Source: a virus
Length of the DNA: 64,000 bases
Virus record (IMG/VR): IMGVR_UViG_3300021438_000010
Span: 34,622-98,621 of that record
Direction: 5' to 3' (one strand)
The number at the start of each line of letters is the position of its first letter. Positions within the stretch are counted from its first letter, which is position 1. The translations under genes were made by a program, and so were the position numbers. Below are positions 1 to 9,990 of the stretch, in pieces. Below the pieces are notes generated by a model, which was given only the letters and a program-made list of their open reading frames with translations, ran no database searches and was not told where the DNA came from.

Positions 1-633
1 ACACAGTTTACCATATGTCTTTTCTTCGCCAGTTGCCCAATCTAATCTGCGTCCAGTTTTCCAATCAATGACTTCAATAATGCCTTCATCAGTTTCTGTA
101 ACTAGATCTATAGTACCTTTGATAGCTAACTGACCCTTGATCTTTTGGCCATCTACTTCGTATTCATAAAAAGCCCAATCTTCATCTATGGGTATATCAA
201 AGTGAGGCTCTGCCGCGACTATTTTTCTCAACCTAGGATCAAACTGACCGTCATTGTATTTTAATGTATCCCATACTAATTTTAAGCATAGGTCTTTGTC
301 GCTCTTTGTAAAGTTATGCTTAGAACTATTTGTGTAAAAGTCAAAACTTCTAGATAAGAGTTTATCGACTAGTGTGCTAGTTAACAATTCATTTTTTTTG
401 ATTGATACTGTCTTTAAGGCATCGTCTTCTATACTTAACGTAGCTTTTCTTGAGTTATCTTGTTGATACTTCTTTAAATTGGCTAATACTTCCATAACTT
501 TGTGGACGATAGTGCCTAACTCTGCCTTTTTACCACTATCTGGTTGATGACCCAAAACATAAGTTATAAAGTACTGCATTTGGCAGTAGGCATAATTATT
601 ATAACTAGATGACCTTATGTATGTTACTAGCAT
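1..633 (-). CDS. PD-(D/E)XK (Cas4/RecB-like) exonuclease, 3' end runs off window
   Basis: Manual translation from ATG at 633: MLVTYIRSSSYNNYAYCQMQY...GTIVHKVME...IKGTIDLV...EVIDWKTG. Start overlaps the stop of the kinase gene. Confidence 0.8.
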   Translation of the reverse strand, partial: MLVTYIRSSSYNNYAYCQMQYFITYVLGHQPDSGKKAELGTIVHKVMEVLANLKKYQQDNSRKATLSIEDDALKTVSIKKNELLTSTLVDKLLSRSFDFYTNSSKHNFTKSDKDLCLKLVWDTLKYNDGQFDPRLRKIVAAEPHFDIPIDEDWAFYEYEVDGQKIKGQLAIKGTIDLVTETDEGIIEVIDWKTGRRLDWATGEEKTYGKLC

Positions 634-1376
634 CAAATCCTCCAAAAAGTATTGTTTTTAAGTTCACCACATAAAGTTTCTAGTGTCATGTTATGATTAT
701 CAATGACCATATCAAAATTATGCCAATCAAACCTATCGCTATCTAGCGATGATTCAGACTCAGAATCACTGTTAAATACATTCCTTGTAAGTCTTATAAC
801 GATTCCACCATTGTCTTTTATAGATTTTACTTCATTTGGGAATCTTACATCTGGTATAATTGCCAGTTGTGAATCCTCACTTATTACCTTATTTATTGTA
901 GCATCTACCCATGCTGTTGACTTTATTTTTCTTATAATTTTTGTTCCAAAATGCTCCAAAAATTCTCTATGTGTCATATATCCCGATTTATTATTATCAT
1001 TATTTGGTACATCTTCCCACTTGATATTTGTAAGTTCATTCTTTTGGTCATCTGTACCATATACATTGGTGGGATCAAAGCCAAATAAATTTACGCACAT
1101 GTCTTTTAAGTAATCTGCGAAATGGTATACCTTGATATATGGCCATAATTCTCTTTGTGCATACTCAACAAATACATTGTCCTTTCTTGTAACATCAAAT
1201 ATGCCATACCCACTAGTTCCCGCTGAGTCTTTGGTTTGTATTCCAAGCTTACCGTCATCCTCAATGAAAAATTGTTCAATCATCATTTTGTTTTGTAAAA
1301 CATCGCCATTCATATAATTTGCGATTGTATTTTTACCAGATTGTTTTCTACCAGATATACCTATTATTTTAACCAT
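633..1376 (-). CDS. deoxynucleoside monophosphate kinase
   Basis: N-terminal P-loop GISGRKQSGKNT and IPDVRFPNE motif typical of phage dNMP kinases. Confidence 0.85.
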   Translation of the reverse strand: MVKIIGISGRKQSGKNTIANYMNGDVLQNKMMIEQFFIEDDGKLGIQTKDSAGTSGYGIFDVTRKDNVFVEYAQRELWPYIKVYHFADYLKDMCVNLFGFDPTNVYGTDDQKNELTNIKWEDVPNNDNNKSGYMTHREFLEHFGTKIIRKIKSTAWVDATINKVISEDSQLAIIPDVRFPNEVKSIKDNGGIVIRLTRNVFNSDSESESSLDSDRFDWHNFDMVIDNHNMTLETLCGELKNNTFWRI

Positions 1377-2403
1377 TAACTATTCCCCGGATTTGTGGTA
1401 TTACTATTTTGTTGATCTGCTCTACGCTCATTTCGCCAACATCCTTAGTTGGTATTCTTGGAAAAGAAAGCTTGTACATTCTACCTAGCTGTCTTTGCAG
1501 TTGAACCTTTGCTTCTCTTCCTGCTTGATCATTGTCCATCAGAACTACTATATGCGTGAGTGGCATTTTGTACAGTTTTGTTTCCTGCTCTTTGCTAAGA
1601 GTTCTTCCAAAAATACTCATACATTGAGTAATTCCAGCCTCATATAGCCTCCAAACATCGCCTTGCCCTTCAACTAAAACTAAGGATGAGGTTTTTTGAA
1701 CGCTACTTATAGCTCTGTGATAATTATAGAAAAAATATCTTTTATCAAAACCCTTGGGATCTAGTAGAAATTTAGGATGCTTATAATCTTTGATAGATCG
1801 TGCTATACATGCTATTATTTTTTCACCGGTATCATTATGAATTGGTATAATAGATCTATCATATAGTTTAGATGATTTGTTAGTACAGTCTCCCACCCCA
1901 AAATGCATTAATGTTTCTGGTTTAAATCCTCTAGAAATGAAATATTTTGACGGTAACTCTGAACATATTTCTTCTTTAATAGCTGGGTAATCTTGATCTA
2001 GAGTGATGCTAGAATTTATGGTATTAACAAGTTTAGAGAAATCATCTTCCTCAAACTTGGGTTTAGAAACTATTTTTGATTTGCTTTGTTTATTTATTCC
2101 TAGAAAGTTACAAGACCATTTTAAGGCTTCTGAAAAACCGGCATCAATTCCGCTATCCTTCGATATTGATCCTCTGATAACCCCAAAGATATCATTCCTA
2201 TATTGCTCTTGACAGTCTCTGGTCCAGCATTTCCAGATCCCTTTATCTTTTGAAAAGGAAAAAGCTCTTGGATTATCACTGCCATCATGTACCGGACAAT
2301 TACAGTATATATTATCTCCTAACACCTCGTATTTCATACCAAGGCTTGAAAATACTTCTTCTGCCCGATTATTTAGATCACTCTTGATCTTCTGCAAGTC
2401 CAT
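1369..2403 (-). CDS. dnaG: DNA primase (zinc finger + TOPRIM)
   Basis: CPVH...WKCWTRDC zinc finger; VEGQGD and DNDQAG TOPRIM motifs. Confidence 0.9.
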   Translation of the reverse strand: MDLQKIKSDLNNRAEEVFSSLGMKYEVLGDNIYCNCPVHDGSDNPRAFSFSKDKGIWKCWTRDCQEQYRNDIFGVIRGSISKDSGIDAGFSEALKWSCNFLGINKQSKSKIVSKPKFEEDDFSKLVNTINSSITLDQDYPAIKEEICSELPSKYFISRGFKPETLMHFGVGDCTNKSSKLYDRSIIPIHNDTGEKIIACIARSIKDYKHPKFLLDPKGFDKRYFFYNYHRAISSVQKTSSLVLVEGQGDVWRLYEAGITQCMSIFGRTLSKEQETKLYKMPLTHIVVLMDNDQAGREAKVQLQRQLGRMYKLSFPRIPTKDVGEMSVEQINKIVIPQIRGIVNG

Positions 2404-3844
2404 TTATTTTTAACTTATCTAATGTGTCTTGATTTACCATGCCAGTATCTCCTACTGGCTGGTTCTTAAATTCATTTCTAGTCTTGAGTTCTCTTAGTTT
2501 GGCGTGTGATCCTTGCATGACCATATTTATATAGTCACCATCATCTAATCCTCCACCATGTCTTGACACAATAGGAACTAGTTTTCTATTACCAGCATTT
2601 GGACCGTCTTCTGCTAATTCTTCTGGCGATTTAGCCTTGAAGATACTAAATGAAGTACACAGCCAAATTAGTCTATCTGAGCCGCTAACAGCGTCTGTGC
2701 TTTCTTTGGTTATGCCATCACGGTTAAGCTGAACGAATGAAAGGCATGGTATGTCAAGTTTAACGCAAAGATTATGAAGAGAAGTAATTTGAAAGCCAAG
2801 TGCTTGGTATTCTTGTATGTTATTGGTTATAGAACTAGAAGACATTAGCTTAAGATAATCATATATAATAAGACAGTTATTTGTTTTACCATTGTCATCC
2901 ATTCTAACGTCTTGCATTACCCATCGTCTAATTAAGTTAAGTATTTGTTCAAACGGCTTTCCTGCAACGCTAACGTAACTATACGGTATGGATTCAATCT
3001 TTTCAATAGCGTCTAATACCTTTTGTCGTTTTTCATCATCCTCTGTGAATCTTCCAGTAGCGATTTCATTAATTGGAACGCCACTGATATTCGCTAATAG
3101 CCTATTCAAATGATCTTCTTTGCTCATTTCGGTATCTAACATTAATACCGGAATTTCTTTAGAAGATACATTTAAAGCTACATTATCGGCAAATACGCTT
3201 TTGCCAACCTTTGGTCGTGCGGATATAAGATCAACGCATTTCCTTCTTAGTCCTCCACCAATGGCTTCGTCATACTTATTAAAGCCTGTTGGTATTCCTA
3301 TAATGTCACATTTGTTCTCTTCTAGGAATTCTAAATACTGTTTGGCATCCTTGCCAATCTTCTCTGGAAGATCGCCGCTATCGTCTTCTCGTAAAAAGTC
3401 TGTAACGGGATTTTCTAGAATTTGTATAATTTCATTTATAGACTCTGACCCAGTAACATCATCTATATCCTTGTGGATTTTTGCTGTAAGACCTTTTATC
3501 TTACGTGCAAATTCAAATTTCTTAATCTGTATTGCAAAGCTAAACACATTATCTTTGTTGATCGGGAAGTCCATTAAGGACTTTATGTATTTCAACTCTT
3601 GATCTGTATTTATGCTCTCAGAAAGACTCAACTGTTCTGATGCAGATAAAATAGATGGTATATCTACTTTCTGGTCATTCAATATAACCTTTTCAATACA
3701 CTTAAACAATACTTGATTGTTAAAGTGACCGAAGCTATCTTGATTAATGACATCAGATATAGATACATAGGCATCTATGCCGTGCTGCAAAAGCCCAGCT
3801 AAAACCGCTCTCTCTGATCCAATATCAGTTAATTTAGTTTCCAT
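2378..3844 (-). CDS. dnaB: replicative DNA helicase
   Basis: ARPKVGKS Walker A, DTEM, IYDYLKL, VQLNR. Start placed at METKL (ATG 3844). Confidence 0.92.
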   Translation of the reverse strand: METKLTDIGSERAVLAGLLQHGIDAYVSISDVINQDSFGHFNNQVLFKCIEKVILNDQKVDIPSILSASEQLSLSESINTDQELKYIKSLMDFPINKDNVFSFAIQIKKFEFARKIKGLTAKIHKDIDDVTGSESINEIIQILENPVTDFLREDDSGDLPEKIGKDAKQYLEFLEENKCDIIGIPTGFNKYDEAIGGGLRRKCVDLISARPKVGKSVFADNVALNVSSKEIPVLMLDTEMSKEDHLNRLLANISGVPINEIATGRFTEDDEKRQKVLDAIEKIESIPYSYVSVAGKPFEQILNLIRRWVMQDVRMDDNGKTNNCLIIYDYLKLMSSSSITNNIQEYQALGFQITSLHNLCVKLDIPCLSFVQLNRDGITKESTDAVSGSDRLIWLCTSFSIFKAKSPEELAEDGPNAGNRKLVPIVSRHGGGLDDGDYINMVMQGSHAKLRELKTRNEFKNQPVGDTGMVNQDTLDKLKINGLAEDQE

Positions 3845-3845
3845 A

Positions 3846-4265
3846 CTACTTTCCGGTGCATCGATTACAGCGATAATAATCACCGTGAACGAATCGTGCG
3901 TCTTCTTTAAATGTTTTACCGCAAACGTGACATTCTACCTCAACCTTTTTATGTGGCTGGCGACGGCGTGGAGTTTTTTCAAACTGAGGTGTTTCTACAT
4001 CTCTGAATTCGCCTGTATCCTTCCACTCATTCTTTCTGGCTCTCACGGGTTCTTTTCTCCTAGTATTAGAAGTACTGTCCTGCTTAAACATTGTAAAATC
4101 TTCATTCACACTTGCAGGCGGTGTGGAAGATTGTATCTTTTTTATGCTTTCCTTTTTTACTTCTTCTGGAACGTTTGACACCGTTGGGCTATCTCCAACT
4201 AGTGCCTTTAATAATGCTTGCTTTTGCTCATCGTTGAGCATGTTTATAAAATCGTTCATACTCAT
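3846..4265 (-). CDS. hypothetical protein with C-terminal zinc ribbon
   Basis: CHVC...CNRC; tight operon spacing. Confidence 0.65.
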   Translation of the reverse strand: MSMNDFINMLNDEQKQALLKALVGDSPTVSNVPEEVKKESIKKIQSSTPPASVNEDFTMFKQDSTSNTRRKEPVRARKNEWKDTGEFRDVETPQFEKTPRRRQPHKKVEVECHVCGKTFKEDARFVHGDYYRCNRCTGK

Positions 4266-4744
4266 GATCGTTTACCTTTCTCAAGTAATATATCAGCTTT
4301 TCTCTTTAGTTCAAACACTTTGCCGTCTAGTGATTGCAATCTAGCCTCTGCTACTTCTCTCATATTTTCTAGAGATGCGGCATACGAGTTACTGTTAGCA
4401 AGAATATGTTTTTTAGATTCATGTTTTGTATATTGCCCAAATTCATGTTGATTTTTTACTATCATTTTTTCCATCTGATCGTTGCACCAATTTAAAGCAA
4501 CCTTATTTTTATTTACTTCATCTTGAATATATGTGGCATATCCATAAAGTAAATATGCAGCATCAAACAATTCCTGCTGTGAAGTTTTTCTTAGTTGATC
4601 TAATGATAAATCAGCAACCATCAAATATTCTTCTCTAAAAGAAGAAAATTTAGTATTGCTACTGTTTATGTAATCATTTATTAGTGTTATATGTTCTGCT
4701 AACTTATCAGATGCCTTTGATTCTTTTTCTCCACTCATCGTCAC
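4262..4744 (-). CDS. hypothetical helical protein (possible UvsY-like recombination mediator)
   Basis: Coiled-coil character; position between RecA and DnaB. Function is inference only. Confidence 0.5.
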   Translation of the reverse strand: MTMSGEKESKASDKLAEHITLINDYINSSNTKFSSFREEYLMVADLSLDQLRKTSQQELFDAAYLLYGYATYIQDEVNKNKVALNWCNDQMEKMIVKNQHEFGQYTKHESKKHILANSNSYAASLENMREVAEARLQSLDGKVFELKRKADILLEKGKRS

Positions 4745-5138
4745 TTTCTGAATATTTTAGGGTTATTAGTTCAATTCCATTCAACTCGCACCAATTTATT
4801 TTATCATCGTCACGAACTTGACCTTTTATGAAGTCTGCTTTGCTCTTATGAAAGAATGGGTTGTATTCATAATGCTGTTCTCCGTGGACTTCAACTCCAA
4901 GTTTAATAGAAGGAATGTAAAAGTCAAGATACAGTACAGATTTTCTATGTAAGGCTGTGCTTCCCGGTAATTTTACTTCTTCTAATATTCTATAACTATT
5001 GTAGATTTCTTTTAGTAGGTTTCTAGCACGAATATGATATTTAGATCTCTTACGTTTATCATCATTAAAAACATCATACCCAGTTAGGTTCCATGTATAC
5101 TCTTTGCCATTTATTCCTTTTACTTTCATAACTACCAA
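4707..5138 (-). CDS. DUF559/Vsr-like endonuclease
   Basis: YLDFYIP...GVEVHGEQHY...DDDKINWC pattern. Confidence 0.75.
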   Translation of the reverse strand: MVVMKVKGINGKEYTWNLTGYDVFNDDKRKRSKYHIRARNLLKEIYNSYRILEEVKLPGSTALHRKSVLYLDFYIPSIKLGVEVHGEQHYEYNPFFHKSKADFIKGQVRDDDKINWCELNGIELITLKYSESDDEWRKRIKGI

Positions 5139-5893
5139 TATAATACTAGATTATTATGTAATGTTTCTGGGGTTTCTTTAATAATATTAGAATTTTTTAT
5201 TATGTCTTGTATATCATGTGCATGATATGTCATTCTACTATCAGTAGAACTATTATTAAATGTTATATATCCATGCTTAGAATTTTGTAAAATATACATA
5301 TAATTATCTTGTACGTGTTTTGGTAGCTCAGAAAATGCGTAATTACTTATAACTAAATCATATTTATCATTGTCTTGAATAGGGTATGTTAGATGCTTGA
5401 TCTTTGTGCTTAATCCTATGCGTTCCAAGTAAAGTTTGGATAATCTGTTTACATCATATAAATCAACTAATGTATAGGATTTGATATTAAAAAATATATC
5501 TATTATTTTACATTGACCGCCATATCCACCACCTATTTCGCATATGTTATAATTACTTAGACTACCAAATAAATTACGTAAATCGCATAGTACTTTTATA
5601 TATCTAAGAGTCGATGGAGAAATATATCCAATGTGTTCATTTCTATAATCTTGTATATTTGATCCACCTAAGATATCATTTTCTTTGAACATTTCTATTT
5701 TAGACATTATCTCTCTATCTTTTTTTATTTCTTTAATATAAGACAGTCCTTGATTATAATCTAGATGTTCTAAGACAATATTATACGCCGGATTGGATTT
5801 AAATGTATGAAAATATTTGTCATCTGATACAGCTGATCTACATGCATCAATATATCCATGATACCACGAATCATTTATATTCCAAACATCCAT
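5132..5893 (-). CDS. putative sugar O-methyltransferase (SAM-dependent)
   Basis: ICEIGGGYGGQC SAM motif, YTLVDL, DLVISNYAFSEL. Confidence 0.8.
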   Translation of the reverse strand: MDVWNINDSWYHGYIDACRSAVSDDKYFHTFKSNPAYNIVLEHLDYNQGLSYIKEIKKDREIMSKIEMFKENDILGGSNIQDYRNEHIGYISPSTLRYIKVLCDLRNLFGSLSNYNICEIGGGYGGQCKIIDIFFNIKSYTLVDLYDVNRLSKLYLERIGLSTKIKHLTYPIQDNDKYDLVISNYAFSELPKHVQDNYMYILQNSKHGYITFNNSSTDSRMTYHAHDIQDIIKNSNIIKETPETLHNNLVLYW

Positions 5894-5894
5894 A

Positions 5895-7001
5895 TTAGTG
5901 TAATTCCTTTATCTTATCGTAAAGAAATGATGAGATTGCCGTATTACTATTCAAGAACTCAGCCACGTTATTTACTCCTTGAAACTTAAAAAATCTTTCT
6001 ATCTCATCTAGAGTTTTACCTATCTGATTTTCTTCTAATACTTTTGCAACTATTGGATTATTTGGTTCATCTACAGCACACTGTATAGTATACCAAGCTC
6101 CAGCCGCCTTTATAAGTCTGAACTCACAGGCAATTTGAATTATTTCCTGCACTTCATCAACTCCGACTCCGTACTTAATCCAACTTTCTGCTGTGCTATT
6201 TGGTCTACCGCCAGCTGTAGATGTTTTTATTACCCAGTTTGCTATTTGACCAACGTGAACACCTGTGTCTTTTGGCACTTGCCACTTTCCACGATGAGTA
6301 ATTACCATGTTTGTACCAGCTTGATATTGTAACATGTTTCCACAATCTGCCATCTTTTGCGGTGCATAAGGAGATCCGCCAGTATTAGCAATATTATGAG
6401 TAATGCAAATTAGTATGGTCTTATTCTTCATTAAAGTACCACTAATACGCTTGAAGAACATAGACAACAATCTAGGTAAAGCATTTCTTACACCAGTTCT
6501 GACTTCTCCCTCTAATTCACATGCTGGAACCATATTAGACAATGAGTCCGTAATGATAACACAGCCGGGATCATTGTTAATATAAAACTCAATAATATTT
6601 AGAAAATCTTCTGCCGATAGAACTCTTTCGTCAGTTGATTCTATAATGATAATATTGTCTGGCTCTAGACCCCTAATACCATCAAAATTTTGCTTAGATA
6701 GTCTACCTTCTGTATTAATGTAGATAATTCTTTTATTAAGTTTTTGACACTTGGCGGCAAAATGAAGGGCTGTTGTCGTTTTCCCGCTTTTTGGATCTCC
6801 TGTCATTACAACAACGGACCCTTCTCTGAGTCCACCACCCAAAGCGATATCCAATGCTGGTGATATACCGATGACGCTAAGATTATTTATGTTTTGAAGA
6901 ACTTCTGTTCCACTTCTAACAACATCTCCATATTTACTTACTATTGAATTGCTAACTGCATCCTCTGAAAACTTACCCGATGTCTTTTTAGTTTTGCTCA
7001 T
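5895..7001 (-). CDS. recA: RecA/UvsX recombinase
   Basis: LDIALGGG, GDPKSGKTT, YINTEG, IITDSL. Confidence 0.9.
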   Translation of the reverse strand: MSKTKKTSGKFSEDAVSNSIVSKYGDVVRSGTEVLQNINNLSVIGISPALDIALGGGLREGSVVVMTGDPKSGKTTTALHFAAKCQKLNKRIIYINTEGRLSKQNFDGIRGLEPDNIIIIESTDERVLSAEDFLNIIEFYINNDPGCVIITDSLSNMVPACELEGEVRTGVRNALPRLLSMFFKRISGTLMKNKTILICITHNIANTGGSPYAPQKMADCGNMLQYQAGTNMVITHRGKWQVPKDTGVHVGQIANWVIKTSTAGGRPNSTAESWIKYGVGVDEVQEIIQIACEFRLIKAAGAWYTIQCAVDEPNNPIVAKVLEENQIGKTLDEIERFFKFQGVNNVAEFLNSNTAISSFLYDKIKELH

Positions 7002-7513
7002 AAATTCCTCAATTTGTTCAACGTTGTCCTTTTTGTATTATAGCTACCAGAAGCTCTGGTTTCAAGTGTTGTATTTTCTTGTTTGACTTCAAAATTTACT
7101 TGAGGCTTATTTTTTTCTTCTTCAAGTTTTTTATGATACTTGGCTATAACTTTTTCGGCTTCTGGATTTATTTTGTATCCTCTTCCATTTTGAACTCCAA
7201 GTACAAGCAATTTATCGAAGTCTTTAGATTGTATAGCTTGCAATATAGCTTCTTCACTATATTTTTTCTTGAGTTGAACAGCAGCACCATGCTGCTTTTT
7301 CCATAGCCAATGCAAAGGATCTCCCTTAGTCCAGAATTTATATGCTGGTTTACCAAGATTCAACTTTTCTGATCTTCTTATAACTATATATTCAGCAACA
7401 TAAGATTCAAATGTACAATATTCACCGGTGTGAATGTGCTTGTATTTGTGAGTCTCTGACCATTGCTTTTGATAATCTTGATTAAAAAGCTCAGGTTTTT
7501 CTTTCTTCGTCAT
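6998..7513 (-). CDS. hypothetical protein
   Basis: 171-aa ORF overlapping its neighbours in operon fashion. Confidence 0.65.
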   Translation of the reverse strand: MTKKEKPELFNQDYQKQWSETHKYKHIHTGEYCTFESYVAEYIVIRRSEKLNLGKPAYKFWTKGDPLHWLWKKQHGAAVQLKKKYSEEAILQAIQSKDFDKLLVLGVQNGRGYKINPEAEKVIAKYHKKLEEEKNKPQVNFEVKQENTTLETRASGSYNTKRTTLNKLRNL

Positions 7514-7925
7514 AATTATATATCAATGCTTCTTCAAAACAATTTTCAACTTTGTCTTCATCTTCAAGTTCTTGTATAAGTTCTGGAATTATCCAGATAG
7601 TTTTTCTAACTGTGTCTCCAACTAACTTCCCAATTGTAAAAGTTTGTCTAGTTGTCTTATCAAATGATCCTATTATAGATCTTGTTAGATATACACCGTG
7701 ACAATCTGACGTATCAATTTCTATTGAGTGAGATCTATATTGTAAGCCAATCTTTTTAACAGAAAGTTTTTTTTCTTTACAATACGATTTGAGATCTAAC
7801 CACTCTGAATAGTCTAATAAATATATTTCAACTCCATTTGACAGAATAGCTCTTATCCAAGTTTTATTCTTGTCGTTTCTATATTCTTCAAGCCAATCTT
7901 TGTATGATGTGATAAAATTTTTCAT
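7491..7925 (-). CDS. hypothetical protein
   Basis: Start at ATG 7925, ATGA overlap with the upstream stop. Confidence 0.65.
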   Translation of the reverse strand: MKNFITSYKDWLEEYRNDKNKTWIRAILSNGVEIYLLDYSEWLDLKSYCKEKKLSVKKIGLQYRSHSIEIDTSDCHGVYLTRSIIGSFDKTTRQTFTIGKLVGDTVRKTIWIIPELIQELEDEDKVENCFEEALIYNYDEERKT

Positions 7926-8209
7926 CGTATTTTGGTGATGCAATTAGATTTGGTATTATTGATTGGTCTACGATTACTGTCGATCATAGATGAGGCATTT
8001 TCTGTCATTATCGTTGCACCGCCCTGACGAACAAATTGCTGTTCAACTATTGTTTTTGGTGCTTCAATCTTATTTTTTTTGATATGTTTTTCTATTGCAC
8101 TTACAGCACGATCCAAATCTTTAGCGATTTGTTCTACCGTTTCACCTATTTTAAATTTTTCTTCTGTGTAAAAAGATTCTGCCTTTCCTAGCGGCCCAGT
8201 TTTAGCCAT
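7922..8209 (-). CDS. hypothetical protein, possible HTH
   Basis: TVEQIAKDLDRAVSAIEKHI is HTH-like. Confidence 0.55.
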   Translation of the reverse strand: MAKTGPLGKAESFYTEEKFKIGETVEQIAKDLDRAVSAIEKHIKKNKIEAPKTIVEQQFVRQGGATIMTENASSMIDSNRRPINNTKSNCITKIR

Positions 8210-8549
8210 TTATAAAGCTCCTTTGCGATCTGGTCATATATAATGAGTTTTTAGTCTTTAAGTATGAGATATAATAATTGTATGTTTGTTGACTTACAGA
8301 TTTTAATTCTAATTTTAGATTAGATTCTCTATGACTATCAGCACCATACGGATCATAAGGTTGATTCTTATAAATTAAGATAAAATATTTAGTTTGATTT
8401 TGATTATTTCCAATGTCAACACTAATAGTTTTGGCAAAGACTAGTTCATTGTTTCCATCGGTTGGGCGACCAACTTTGTTAAACAAGATTTCTACATTTT
8501 GTTTCTTGTCAATATTTTCAATATTGTCTGATGAGCTAATAAACTTCAT
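8202..8549 (-). CDS. hypothetical protein
   Basis: ORF with operon-style overlaps. Confidence 0.6.
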   Translation of the reverse strand: MKFISSSDNIENIDKKQNVEILFNKVGRPTDGNNELVFAKTISVDIGNNQNQTKYFILIYKNQPYDPYGADSHRESNLKLELKSVSQQTYNYYISYLKTKNSLYMTRSQRSFING

Positions 8550-8896
8550 TTTTCACCTGTCATTATGTATTTACTTTTTTGAGCCTCTGTCATTTTACTT
8601 ATTTCTTTTTTGGATGCAGAGCCAAATGAAGAAAAATACGAAGCGTCCTCCGTACTTTTCTTCGATTTAGCTTCTATTTCAGACTTTTCGTAATGACCTT
8701 TTTTAGACCAATTACTATCCGCAAGACTTCCAATGGTCTTTGGTTCCTTCATAAATGAAGCTATCCCACCATATATTACCCTTCTGAGGCTATCTTTTCC
8801 ACAGCTTGGGCAAGTAACCAGTGCTTCGTCTTTTATAGACTGATAAACATCCTTCATTTCATGTGAACATTCATCACAAATATAGTCATATAACAT
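8546..8896 (-). CDS. FmdB-family zinc-ribbon protein
   Basis: YDYICDECSH...CPSCG...LRRVI. Confidence 0.8.
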   Translation of the reverse strand: MLYDYICDECSHEMKDVYQSIKDEALVTCPSCGKDSLRRVIYGGIASFMKEPKTIGSLADSNWSKKGHYEKSEIEAKSKKSTEDASYFSSFGSASKKEISKMTEAQKSKYIMTGEK

Positions 8897-8903
8897 TTTT
8901 TCC

Positions 8904-9590
8904 TCAAGATTCTAGAGCGTGTAAGACCGCTCCTAATATTCCATTTCTTTGTATATCTTGATAACCTAGACTGCAAATACCAATACCATTGATATTACTT
9001 AATTTATCTATACATTCTAATAGCCCATTTCCGCGATATAAATCTGTTTGTTTTGTATCGCCATTTATCATGACTTTAGAATTTTCACCCATTCTTGTGA
9101 TAAACATTTTAATCTGTTCAAGGGTACAATTTTGTGCTTCATCTAAAATCATATAAGCATTATGAAATGTTGATCCTCTCATTGTTTCTAACGGCTCAAA
9201 TCTAATTCTTCTAGTATTATAATACAATCCAAACTTATCTCTACCTAGAAAATACTTAAGATTTTCTTCCATTGGCTGTAGATATGGTTTAATTTTTTCT
9301 CCCAGTTCTCCCGGTAACGAACCAATATCTTTACCAGTACAAACTAATGGTCTTGTTACTATAATAGATTCTATCTTATCCTTCATAAGATGTTCAGCAG
9401 CTATACCGGCAGCAATAAAAGATTTGCCAGTACCAGATGGTCCAGTGCAAAAGATAATATCATTTTCAACAATAGATAAGATATATTCTTTTTGATTGTC
9501 CGTTTTAGCTATTAAAACATTTTCTTTAGGAGTTTGCTTTTTATTTTTTTTATTATTCTTTCTCGGGTTGTTATTTGCCGCTGCTGCCAA
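8904..9590 (-). CDS. phoH: PhoH-family ATPase
   Basis: GPSGTGKS, IGSLPG, MRGSTF, ILDEAQN, GDTKQTD. Confidence 0.93.
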   Translation of the reverse strand: MAAAANNNPRKNNKKNKKQTPKENVLIAKTDNQKEYILSIVENDIIFCTGPSGTGKSFIAAGIAAEHLMKDKIESIIVTRPLVCTGKDIGSLPGELGEKIKPYLQPMEENLKYFLGRDKFGLYYNTRRIRFEPLETMRGSTFHNAYMILDEAQNCTLEQIKMFITRMGENSKVMINGDTKQTDLYRGNGLLECIDKLSNINGIGICSLGYQDIQRNGILGAVLHALES

Positions 9591-9990
9591 AGCCGTTGTC
9601 TCCTCGTTGCGAGGAACCTAACGTTTCATGGACCTCCATACTTACGCGAGGAACCTCTTGGAATATAATCTGAGCGATTCTATCCCCGGTATTTATACCA
9701 ACAACCTCATCAGAGGTATTATATAAACATACCATTATTTCTCCTCTATATCCGCTATCCACTACTCCAGCCAAAACATCAATTCCCTGTTTAACTGATA
9801 AGCCCGATCTGGGCCAAATTAAACCGGCTAGATGGTCTGGCATTTGCAATGCTATCCCCGTTCTGACAGTCTTACGTTGTTTTGGTGGTATGACAGTATC
9901 AAGTATTGAATATAAATCAAATCCTGCGTCATTTTGATTAGCTTTGGTTGGAACTTTCGCTTTGCCATCAAGTAATTGTACAGAAATCAT
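9571..9990 (-). CDS. dut: dUTPase
   Basis: AGFDL, PRSGL, GVVDSGYRGE, RIAQ, RGDNGFGSSG. Confidence 0.96.
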   Translation of the reverse strand: MISVQLLDGKAKVPTKANQNDAGFDLYSILDTVIPPKQRKTVRTGIALQMPDHLAGLIWPRSGLSVKQGIDVLAGVVDSGYRGEIMVCLYNTSDEVVGINTGDRIAQIIFQEVPRVSMEVHETLGSSQRGDNGFGSSGK